Program-made: the position numbers and the translations under genes
Notes under the pieces: model-generated
Seen by the model: the letters and a program-made list of their open reading frames with translations, nothing else
Databases searched by the model: none
Told to the model about the DNA's origin: nothing
Part shown: positions 12,513 to 23,373 of the stretch, one piece after another
Layout of the letters: each line of letters opens with the position of its first letter
How positions within the stretch are numbered: position 1 is the stretch's first letter
DNA from: Lama glama
Taxonomy: Eukaryota
Direction: 5' to 3'
Length of the DNA stretch: 64,000 nucleotides
Assembly (NCBI GenBank): GCA_028534125.1
Contig: CM052817.1
Location: 35,466,001 to 35,530,000 of the forward strand

Positions 12513-14511
12513 TCGGCTAGGGAGACATCTTGAAAGAGAAAACCCCGGGGGTGAGGGTGAGAGGAAAGAAGAAAGGAAAGAAGGGACTGTAGATCATCCT
12601 TGAAAGAATGTCTGAAGGTCTTAATTTCTGCTTTTGGTCAAAATATGATGTGGTCTGATTTTGTTAACTAATTCAGTACAATTCTGCTCTGTGCATTTCA
12701 GCAAAAACCTGACTCCTCTGTGGCCTCTCTGAGGTTCTGTCATGAGGCCCGAGCAGTGCAGTGGGCAAGGATTTGAGGTCACTGGTAAAGTGTCCTCTGA
12801 TGTGGCCAACTGCACAAACGACGGTGCGCACGCTTGCACCTGGCTTTCACCTCTCTGGAGAGTCAGCTCTTGGACCCTTCTTTCCAGTGGTTCTGAATAG
12901 CCTGCAAGAGGGCCTGGTGTCCTGAGTTGAACCCCCAAAGCTGATGCCCCAACTTTGTTCTCTGAATTCTGCATCCTTCCTGGTGCTGCCAGTAGATGCC
13001 CCATCTGTCCCAGAAAATCCCCGTCCTGTGCAAACTGGGATGGTTGCTCACCTACCCTAGTTCTCCCACTCCAGAGCCAGTAATCTAACCTCTTTGAACC
13101 GTAGTTTCCCATCTGTGAAATGAGGATAATGATAACAACCTTACACGGTATTTGAGGGCTAGGGGTGATGTCCATACAAAGATTGTGCAGGAAGAAGAGA
13201 GGTTCGGGGGACAAAAACAACGTCATTCAGCCTCTTTTCCAAGAAGGAATAGACGTCTCCTCTCTCCAAGTGTTTTTACTTTCCCAAGTGTATGTGTGAG
13301 GACAACACTTGAAGTTTCTGGAACAGTCTTCAGAAAGCCTTGGCAGGCCCTGGCTAATGCAGAAGGGCGGGTTACGGGCTCTCGCAGCCCCGTGATTATC
13401 TGATTAAGTGTAAACGGCAGAAGCAGCTGCCTGCTCGCAGAAGTCACTTTAAGCAGCTACCACTTGGGAGTCACAAACAAGAGATTACGAAGCCTTTTCT
13501 TTCCAGCTTCTCTGTTGCCCCTCGGCTATTGTCTGCAGTTTCTTAACTATTAGCCACGTTCTGGATGACTATTTCCCGGTAACTACTGTTTCAGGATTGA
13601 GAAAGGGAAAGAAGTCAATGTTCTCAAAGGAATCCGTTGCAAGGCATTTGCAGCACCAGCGTGGATTTCACAGGCATCTTAATCCCTGGCAGTGAAGGCT
13701 GAGGGCTGTCTTGGAGACCAGAAGCAGCGAGCAAGAACTCGGATAACAGAAGAGAGGCGGGGGAGATTATTCAAATGCGGTGACGGAAAAAAGGCCTTAA
13801 TCAAAGACACTATAGAAAACAAGCCACAGGCTGATAGGGAGTATTTGGAACATGAAGGTGTCAAAGGGGTCCAAGCTTTTTCTGAATGGAAGGAAATGAC
13901 TAGGGTAAATGGCCCTGCATTAATTGAGCAGACCTCCATCTGGGGCACTAAAGACAGGAGGGGGCTCTTATGAGGAAGATGCTGGGGGCTGGGATTATGC
14001 AAAGTGCAAACATCTTCACCATTCTGGTCCTCCCAGCCCCCTCATAAATGAAGTAAGAATCATTAGGATTAATGCCAGGTTCTGACTGAAAAGAGAAGTC
14101 TTCAAAAATTGGAAAATTCAACATGCAAGACTCTGGCACCAGTGGCAATTCTGCATCATTAGGACACCTTTGGGAGTAGAGAGAATAAAAGGACCCTCCA
14201 ATCAGGAATTTACTGATTGACTTAATCATTAACGTGATCTGAGATTTCAAATGCTACGGTACCTCCTTCACGTTTCCGTGCTAAAGTAACGGCTGGGCAG
14301 AGTGCCAAGGAGAGCAACTCTGTTGGCTTTAGGGGCACACCAAACTGCCCACCAGACTCTGGAGAAATCTGCAAAGTAGATGTTTCTGGCTTCCCAAATC
14401 ATATTTTCCCTTGTGCTTCTCACCCTTTTCCAAAGAAAATTAAATTCTGAAGCAGTTACTTTAAAAGTCAAGAAATTTGATTATCAGAGTAATGCACTCA
14501 GGCATGCCCAT

Positions 14512-15060
14512 GAGCCATTGCTGCATAATAAATCACCCTAAAGCTCAGTGACTGAAATCAGCGATTTTATTATCGTTTTATTACCTCCCCCAGTTTTTGT
14601 GCTTGGGAATTCAGGGAGGGCTCAATGGGAGATTCTGTCCTGAGGTCCCTTATGTGGTTGCAGTCAGTCAGTGGCTGGAGCTAAAACCGCAGAGGGACTG
14701 GAGGAGCTACTGTCTGGCTGGGTGATTCGCTCTCTTTTCATGCAGTCTTGGGGCCTCTCCATGTGGTCTCCCCAAAAGAGCTGGTTTGCGCTTCCTCACA
14801 ACATGGCAGCCCCAGGGCAGTTCAGGGCTCCAGTGCAAGTATTTTTGCTCCCAGGGCAGCAGCTGCATCAACTTTTACAACATGGCCTCAGAAGTCATTG
14901 GCATCACTTCTACCACATTCCAGTGCTTGCAAGTCAATCACAAGCCCACTTGATTCAAGGAGGATTTAGACTTACTGCTTGATGGAGAAACAGCAAGGTT
15001 CTTGAAAAGCAATGTGGGCTGGGAGACATGGTGGCTATCTTTGGAAAGTACAATATGCCA
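14512..15060. mobile_element. MLT1-type (MaLR) LTR
   Basis: attgctgcataataaatcaccctaaagctcagtgactgaaa...cttcctcacaacatggcag...ggctatctttggaaagtacaatatgcca. Confidence 0.8.
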
Positions 15061-15256
15061 GAAGGTATAAATAATTGACAACCATAACCTTGAAAAGAAA
15101 TTTTCATATTTTAAGAAAATAATGTTAACCCAATGAAATCTCTGTATTAGTGGCATAAGTACTGAAGAACCTTCATTCTCTTCTTCGCTATCTTCAATCT
15201 CTTCTTCACTACATCATCTCTGCTTCTTTAGGGTAGAGCAGTTGGGTGTAATGTGC

Positions 15257-15682
15257 TGTATTAGTTCGCTAGGGCTGCCATAATGAAATACCACAAACTG
15301 GGTGACTTAAACAAATAGAAATTTATTGTCTCACAGTTCTGGAGGCTGAAAGTCTGAGATTAAGGTGTTGGTGAGGTTGATTCCTCCTGAGAGCAGCAAC
15401 AGAAAAATTGGTCCTTGCCTCTCCCATAGATTCTGTTGAGTTGCCAGTCATCTTTGGTCTTCCTGGTCTTGTAGAAGCGTCACTCCAACCTCTGCCTTCA
15501 TCTTCACATGGCGTTCTCCCGCACGCATGCATCTTGTCCAAATTTGCCCTTTTTATAAGGACACCAGTCATACTGGATTAGGGGCCCACCCCGCTCCAGT
15601 AAGGTTTCCTCTTAACTCATTGTATCTACAATGACCCTATTTACGTGACCCTATTTAGGGGGACAAAATTCAACCTATAACT
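15257..15682. mobile_element. MLT1A/B/C-type (MaLR) LTR
   Basis: tgtattagttcgctagggctgccataatgaaataccacaaactgggtgacttaaac...aattcaacctataac. Confidence 0.85.
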
Positions 15683-16653
15683 TGTCTCTTATTTTTTGAA
15701 AGAAGGAGCTGTTTTTGATGTGTTTTCTGAGAGTGTCAAGGGGAGAGCAGGGCCTTATCTCAGGTAAAATTTTCAAATTTTATATCTACCTTCTCCTTTC
15801 CATGCCCCTACCATTCTCCCTTCTCTCCTAAACACCTTCCTTAAATTTTAAGTAAAGGTTTTCATTAAGCCATTAGAGTATTATAAGATTAAATGTTGCT
15901 TTTGTTAAAATGTAATTATCAAATATTGGTTATGGGGACTCATTCCCTCCCAAATTTTCTATCGTCTTAGTGCCCTAGTTGTGTAACTTCATACTGCATA
16001 GGATGCTTCAAGACTTGTAGCCTGGGCCTCACCTATACAGCAACTTAGTTCATTTAAGGAGGCTTAAGGAGCAATTTATTGACGTTGGGTATTCAAGATT
16101 GTTCTCTCTCAATATTATGCAGATGTTTAAACATTTATTTCCTTTGGATGTCTAAAGCAAAAAGGAAAAAGACAGGCACATCCGCTGCCTCATTAGGGAA
16201 ACCACAAACCTTTGGCTTTCCTGACCTAGCGCTTGCCTTGCATTTGATGTTTTCAAAATATGGTGCAATCATTAAATAGCCAATTCCCACTACATCTGTG
16301 TAAGATGTGGGAATTTCTGCCATTTTTAGTAGAGGAAATCGAAGCCAAAATCACCAAGGTGACCTGTGCAAGGTGAGATAACAAATCAGGTGTAGACCCA
16401 GGTGTCTGCCATTTCAGAAAGTCCTGTGCAAACCCTCATGACCACATCCTTTTCTTCTCTTCCCAGAAGCCAAACGCCCACTTTCCCCTTTGCTCTGCAG
16501 TCATCGGAGGGGCAGCAGGAAAGGCAGGCATTAGCAGATGGCCAGCAAAAAAGGGACGATGCCTAGCAGATACCTTCTGGGAGCAGGCTTGTTATTAGTG
16601 TTTGTAAAACACCCCCTGGAGAGTCACAGAAGTCTTAAGGGGACACTTTGGAA

Positions 16654-17785
16654 TATAAAGCCTTGAGTCAGCAGGTGGGCACCCCAGTGCAATCTCTTTT
16701 GTACTCACTGGGTGGTAAGATCTGGGAAACTCAGGTCATATGATAATAATGGAAAAGATATGGAAAGTATTCCTTTTAGTCCTAGAAAACTAATTTTTCT
16801 TGATCATAGGCTCTATTAGAAACAAGTCCCCTAAAATACTTTGGTCTAGTCTTAAGCCAATAAACAATAACAGAAACCTTTCTCCTTAATTCAAGGATCA
16901 GTGCTGCAGGAAAGAACCCAGATGTCTTATGTGGCTGCCTCCCCAGGAAAAAAGTAGTAGGCACCATAATGCCCTCTAGTCTTTGCAAAGTTCTCAGTTA
17001 TTTCTCTGGTGAGGAAAGATTGCATGTAATTGGCACATCCTGTACTTGAGTGGAGGGAAATCAACAGCATGAAAATTATCTTGTTTAAGATAATTCAAGA
17101 TGCCTCCCAGACCAGCATGTTCCCCTTAGACAGATCGTCGAAGGAAAGGCCAGTCCAAATCACATTCTCCTCTCCTGAGGTACCAAACTTAACTTTTCCC
17201 TGCTTTTATCTTTAGTCATTTACTTTGGAGCTGTGACTGACTTCTTCCGGGCAGAAGCTAGTAAGGTAAGTTTCACTTTGATTATATGATTCTCATGTGG
17301 AGTAGTAGCACATGACGTGGACTTCTTTATGAGCAAGAATATAAATTGAGGTTTCTCATTTTCATATCGAAGTGCCATCTTTGATGGTCCTGCACCCCTA
17401 AGCTCTAAACACAGGGATCTAAGCTTTTAGGTCTATTTTCATAATCAATCAATACTAGGAAATTCATCCTACTTCTCATTTCACATTGGCTGCTGGGAGT
17501 CTCAGAGCCAAATTTAGTGCTCAGTTTCATTATGTATTCTTAGTTTAGGTTTTCAGGTATAAAAATCTTTATTTCCACGGTGTTTGTTTCTTATCCAACC
17601 TTAATGATTTTATTTTCAAAGAGTTTTTTTTACCACAAAGTACTTCAAATCTTTTTTCTTAATAATTTAAGTATGGTATTAATAATACATAAAATACACT
17701 TTAAAAACCAGTATGATGTTCAACCCTGAGAATGTCCTTGAAAAGTCATTATTTGTTTTGTCCACAGGTTGATGAGAGAACACTG
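16654..17785 (+). other. Candidate plus-strand non-coding transcript start: TATA plus ARE/AP-1, with exons at about 16685-16714, 17216-17265 and 17768-17785
   Basis: TATAAAG (16654-16660), TGAGTCAGCA (16664-16673) and donor GTG|GTAAGA (16715). Branch-like CTTAAC with a pyrimidine tract and TAG before 17216, donor AAG|GTAAGT (17266). Acceptor ttgttttgtccacag before 17768, donor CTG|GTAAGG (17786). Confidence 0.3.
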
Positions 17786-18569
17786 GTAAGGGATAACCAG
17801 TTTTGATATTTTGCTGGAACACACCTATCCGTCCATACTGGAAGGTGAAGATGTTGACATTGCTCTGTGTGAATTGTTCTAAGTCACTGCCCGGAGCCTC
17901 TCAAGGACCTGCCACAGCCACCTAACTCTGCCCCGCCCCAGGGACCACTCCCTCCTGCAACTTCTCCAGGACCCAGCAACCAGAGAGGCCCTAAATGACC
18001 AGCTCTGAGCTATGACCAGTAACCATCCTCTCAGACAGGTGGCCTAGCCATTCTGGTTATGTATTTTAATCTCCCCCTTGAAGGGAATCTTTTTTTGCTA
18101 TTCTTTCCTCCTTTTAGTGCAAATGATACCTTGGTTATTAATATAAGGACAAGGTAGTGATGAAGAACACAGACGCTGAAGCTGGACTGCTCAGGGTTCA
18201 AGCCCTGGTTCAGCCTCACGGTGTCCCTGGGACCTTAGCGAGCTCTGTGTCTTCTCTAGGCCCCATTTCTTCGTCTCTGAGTATGCTCAGCGTTACTGTG
18301 CTGGGGACAGACAGAGACGATTTAAACTCCTATCTGTTTGACCCGAAGTCCGTCCATGTTTTCCCCTGCGCCCTAGATTCTTTTCTGGAGGATGTGGTCC
18401 TTTGCAGCAAAGAAGAAAGAGAAGACAACCAACTGGTGCAGGCACCTTTGGTGGATGCTTAGTACATGAAGATGCTCAGTGGATACAGAGACCTCACAGA
18501 AGACAGAGACAGAGTTGCTCTCTGACTAGGAGAGTCAGAGCTTCTGTTTACGACAGGATTTGCCCATCT

Positions 18570-19070
18570 CCCAGGCTTAACACCTGGCAGTCATCCCCGA
18601 CCCCTCCTGTTCCCTCGCTCCCAGCAACTGTCACCAGTCCCCTCCATTCTGCACTAGTGATGCCTCTCACATCACTTCCATTCCATTCATGCCTTATGCT
18701 AATGCTCCACTTCAAGTTCTCATTACCTCATGTCTAGATCATTTCAAGAGCCTCTTAGCTAGTCTCCCAGCCTCCGTGTCTCTAAGTCACCTCTCCCACA
18801 GCCATCGCATTATTCCTAAAGATACCGCTTCCGTCATGTGATTTCAACACCTTCCAGTGTCTACAGAATACAGTTCAGCTCTCTAGAATGACATTCAAGT
18901 TTCTTAACCTGATGCCGGTCTTCATTTCCAAACTGTTCCCTCAGGACTCCTCTATAAGAATCCTGTGATTTAGCCAGGATTGTTTCCTTGTTATTCCTCA
19001 ACGATGCTATTTCCTTCCCTACCTCCAAATCTTGATCCACATCATTCCCCATGCCTGGCACACCCTCCAC
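18570..19070 (+). mobile_element. L2 fragment
   Basis: acacctggcagtcatccccgac...cattacctcatgtctagat...gacattcaag pattern. Confidence 0.55.
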
Positions 19071-19329
19071 CATCTTCTAAATCCTGTACGTCCATCACAG
19101 CCCCTTCCCGCTGTGACACCTTCCCTGCTCACTGCAGGGAACGGAGCCTCTGCCTTATTGAAATCAGGCTGCTCCTTCAACACTTAGCCCCCACTGCCTT
19201 ATACTACAGAGTAGCTTTTCATTCCCATCTGCTCCATTTCCCTGGTTACACTGTGACTGTCTTACAGCCAGAGGAGGAAGGAGGGGGATGGTGGGAGGGC
19301 TCTGACATGGGGAGGGAGTGGTGCAGGCT

Positions 19330-19570
19330 GATGGTTGGGCTCTTGGGTTCAGAAATCAGATAAGCTGAGTTTGAATCACAGCTCTGCACTAACTAACGAG
19401 GCAATCTTATTAAGACACCTAATCTCAAAGTGTCCCCATATGTAAAAGGAGGATAATGACAGTCCCTTCTTCATAGGGCTACTGTGAGGATTAAAGGAGT
19501 TAATATATAGAGAGCCCTTACCCAGGGCTTGACACATAGGTAAAGTTCAATTAACATTAGTTATTATTTC
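19330..19570 (+). mobile_element. MIR SINE
   Basis: tttgaatcacagctctgcact...tgtaaaaggaggataat...gggctactgtgaggattaaa. Confidence 0.75.
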
Positions 19571-19752
19571 TTTCATGATCAAACAAGAGAGGTTTTATGA
19601 TGCACTAGACACTGTATAAATGACCTTATTTATTCTGAATGACAACTCTGTGAGGTAAGAGGATCATGCCCTGGCTGTGGAACCCTCTGACCAGCCCTGA
19701 GCTACTAAATCAGGACTTTTACATAAGAGAGACATATACCCCCATCATATTT

Positions 19753-20076
19753 TTTAACACCTTTATTGTGGTATGGTTCTTGTACAGTGAACTATGCATA
19801 TTTCAAATGTACAGTTTAATGAATTTTGATAGATGTATACAACAATGAAACCACTACCACAATCAAGATAGTGAACATTCCCATCACTCCCCAAGAGGCG
19901 CAATTTTCAAATTCCTAATTTATCCCTTCCACCCCCTTTACCCTATGGTAACCATACGTTTGTTCTCTATGTCTGTGAGTCTGTTTCTGTTTTATAGATA
20001 AGTTCATTTGTGTTCTTGTTTTTAGATTCCACATATAAGTGATATCATATGGCATTTTTCTATCTCTTTCTGGCTT
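19753..20076 (-). mobile_element. Chimeric L1 3' fragment (old L1M-like terminus joined to camelid L1 3' UTR)
   Basis: 19760-19890 resembles an L1MA/MB terminus; 19908-20076 matches the young L1 copies in this window; flanked by imperfect repeats at 19738-19752 and 20077-20090. Confidence 0.7.
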
Positions 20077-20090
20077 ACCCCATAATATTT

Positions 20091-21510
20091 TCTAATTCTT
20101 ATTTTTTACTGAAGTGTAGTAGAATTACAATGTTAATTTCAGGTGTACAGCAAAGCAATTCAGTTTTACATATACATACATACATACATACATATTTTTC
20201 AGTTCCTTTTCCATTATGGCTGATTACAAGAAATTGAATATAGTTCCCTGTGCTATACAGTAGGTCTTTGTTGTTTATCTATTTTATATATAGTAATGTA
20301 TATTTGTTAATCCCAAAGTCCTAATCTGTCCCTCCCCACTTTCCCCCCTGGTAACCACAATTTGTTTTCTATGTCCGTGAGTCTTTTTCTGGTTTGTAAA
20401 TACAGTTTGTATTTTTTAAAATTTTAGATTCCGCATGTAAGTGACATCATGTGATGTTTGTTTTTTTCTGACTTATTTCACTTAATACAATGACTCTTGG
20501 TCCATCTATGTTGCTGCAAATGGCATTATTTCATTCTTTTTTATGGCTGAGTAATATTCTATTATATAATATATACCACATTTTCTTTATCCAGTCATCT
20601 GTCAACAGACATTTAGGTTATTTCCATGTCTTGGCTATTGTAAGTAGTGCTGCTATGAACATTGGGGTGCATGTGTTTTTTCGAATTATAGTTTTCTCCA
20701 GCTATGTGCCCAGGATTGGGATTGCTGGATCATAAGGTAAGTCTATTTTTTAGCTTTTTAAGGAACCTCCATACTGTCCTCCATAGAGGCTGTATCAGTT
20801 TACATTCCCACCAACAGTGTAGGAGGGTTCCTTTTTCTCAACACCCTCTCCAGCATTTATTATTTGTGGACGTTTTAATGATGGCCATTCTGACTGGTGT
20901 GAGATGATACCTCATTGTAGTTTTGATTTGCAATTCCTAATAATTAGTGAAATTGAGCATCTTTTCATGTGCTTAATGGCCATCTGGATGTCTTCTTTGA
21001 AGAAATGTCTATTTTGGTCTTTTGCCCATTTTTTGATTGAGTTGCTTTTTTTTCTTTTTGGATATTAAGCTGTATGAGCTGTTTGTATATTTTGGAAATT
21101 AGTCCCTTGTTGGACTCATCATTGCAAATATTTTCTCCCATTCAGTAGGTGGTTCTTTTTATTTTGTTTATAATTTCCTTTGCTGTGCAAAAGCTTTTAA
21201 GTTTAGTTAGGTCACATTCATTTATTTCTGCTTTTATTTCCATCACTCTAGGAGCTGGTTGAAAAAAAATATTGCTGTGACTTATGCCGAAGAGTGTTCT
21301 GCCTGTTTTCTTCTAGGAGTTTTAGAGTATCTGGGCTTACATTTAGCTTTTTAGAGTTTATTTTTGTGTATGGTATTAGAGAATGTTCTAGTTTCATTCT
21401 TTTACATGTAGCTATCCAGTTTTCGTAGCACTACTTATTGAAAAGACTGTCTTTTCTCCATTGTATATTCTTGCCTGCTTTGTCGTAGATTAATTAACCA
21501 TAAGTGCATC
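20091..21510 (-). mobile_element. 5'-truncated camelid L1 (3' UTR plus ORF2 C-terminal remnant)
   Basis: Matches the other L1 copies in the window; flanked by accccataatattt (20077-20090) / accccagtcatattt (21511-21525). Confidence 0.92.
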
Positions 21511-22109
21511 ACCCCAGTCATATTTAAGCCATGTTTAATGTCCCTGTTGCAGCTGAACTTGATTCTAACAGGCACGATTCCTGTCACTCTGGTGCTGGAC
21601 GTGGCGGCACTTCTGTCTGGTGGCCATTAGGAACTTCATTTCTAGTATTTTGCAAAAATTCTGTTAAGAGAGAATGACCCAGTTTAAATCTCTCCCACAT
21701 TGTTCAGCCCTCTCTTTCAAGTGAGCAGGAAGATATGAGATTGAAGACTAAAGAGAGAGAGAAACAGATATAGATTCTTTCTAAATAGGTGGGAGGAGGC
21801 AAAACAGGACTAAACTTGGGGGCTCTAGGCTGCTCCTGCCCATGACACCCTGGGACACTGGGGCAGGTAGAGTCTCCTTGTTGGCACAGTCTCTTCAGAG
21901 AACCACGTAGCAGCATTAGAAGTGGGTGTTTCAAGCTGTGCAGATTTTGAGCCCAGCTTCAGGTCAGAAACATGTCTAGAGCTGGCTATGGGTTGTGGTT
22001 TAGCAGTTTGCATTAAGTCATGACCTTGATCTGTCCTTTGTGTATCTACACCTTAAGATAAAAGTTAAACCTAAAAACACTAAGTGGGTGGTCAAATTAG
22101 GGGCACAAC

Positions 22110-22545
22110 ACCTCTCATCCCACCCCCTTCTTACCTGCTGGAGGACCTTGTCCTTTCAGTAGAGCTGTGAACTCTAGCTACACACATCCTCAGATTCCCT
22201 TACAGCGAGGCTGCAGACATGAGACCCAGTTTACTCCAGGTGACCTGTGAAGTCTACTGAGGGTCTTATGGGAAACTTCTTCACTGGGTATGATCTTGTT
22301 AACATGCGGTTCCTGGAACTGCTGTAGCCATCTCGTTAGTAGGAGGGAGACATGGTTGAGATACCAAGAAAGGCAGAGCCAGGAGATGGAAAATATATGG
22401 ATCTTTGAAGACATCATTGATTTAATCTTTTAAAGTTGGACTGAATCCATATTTATTACTATGTGAAAGAATAAATATCCCTATTGTATAATTACTTTCA
22501 GTTAGACATTCTGCTACGTGTAGCCAAAATCATCCTTAGTGATGC
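22110..22545. mobile_element. Old MLT1-type LTR
   Basis: gctgtagccatctcg...actatgtgaaagaataaatatccc...tagccaaaatcatccttagtgat. Confidence 0.6.
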
Positions 22546-22795
22546 AGTGTCCAAAAATATTTTAACATTGTAAGCTGTAATGCTGTATCTTTATAGTCCA
22601 CCCTATGTCTTGCCCTTGCTGACATATTATTTCCCTATTTTCTGATTGGAGACAACTTAGAGAAACATGCTATATCCACTTAATGAAATATTATGCAGTT
22701 AGTAAGCTGTGTTCAAAATCTGGCTTCGCCTGTTTGACTTCTCTATGCCTCAGTTTCCTTATTCATTAAATGGGGACAATAATAATCCTGCCTCA

Positions 22796-23373
22796 CCTAA
22801 ATGTCCATCAATAGATGACTGGATAAAGAAGTTGTGGTATATTTATACAGTGGAATATTACTCAGCCATAAAAAGAATATAATAATAACATTTGCAGCAA
22901 CATGAATGGACCTGAAGATCATCAGACTAATTGAAGTAAGCCAGAAAGAGAAAGAAAAATACCATATGATATCACTTATAAGTGGAATATTTTTAAATGA
23001 TATAAATGAACTTATTTACAAAGCAGAAACAGACTCACAGACAAAGAAAACTAAATTGTTATTACTGGGGTCAGGGGAAGGTGGGGGGAGTGAGGGATAA
23101 ATTGGGAGTTTGGGATTTGCAGATACACACTATTGTATATAAAATAGATAAACAGCAAGGTCCTACTGCTATGTAGCACAGGGAACTGCATTCAATACCT
23201 TTTAATAGCCTATAATGAAAAAGAATATGAAAAGGAATATATATATATATATATATGTATAACTGAATCACTAGCCTGTATACCAGAAATTAACACAACA
23301 TTGTAAACTGACCATACTTCAATTTAAAAATAGGAAAATAAAAAGAATAAAGCTAATCTAACCTAGAAAAAAA
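22796..23373 (+). mobile_element. Camelid L1 3' end inserted into a MIR, with extra 3' sequence
   Basis: cctaaatgtccatcaatagatgactgg...atacttcaattt; TSD aataatcctgcctca (22781-22795) / aatcatcctgcctca (23374-23388); MIR halves at about 22710-22795 and 23389-23470. Confidence 0.92.

Noticed and set aside
12621..13226. Longest ORF (201 aa, minus strand)
   Set aside because: It overlaps a MIR fragment (about 13090-13160), has no ATG start and shows no recognisable domain.
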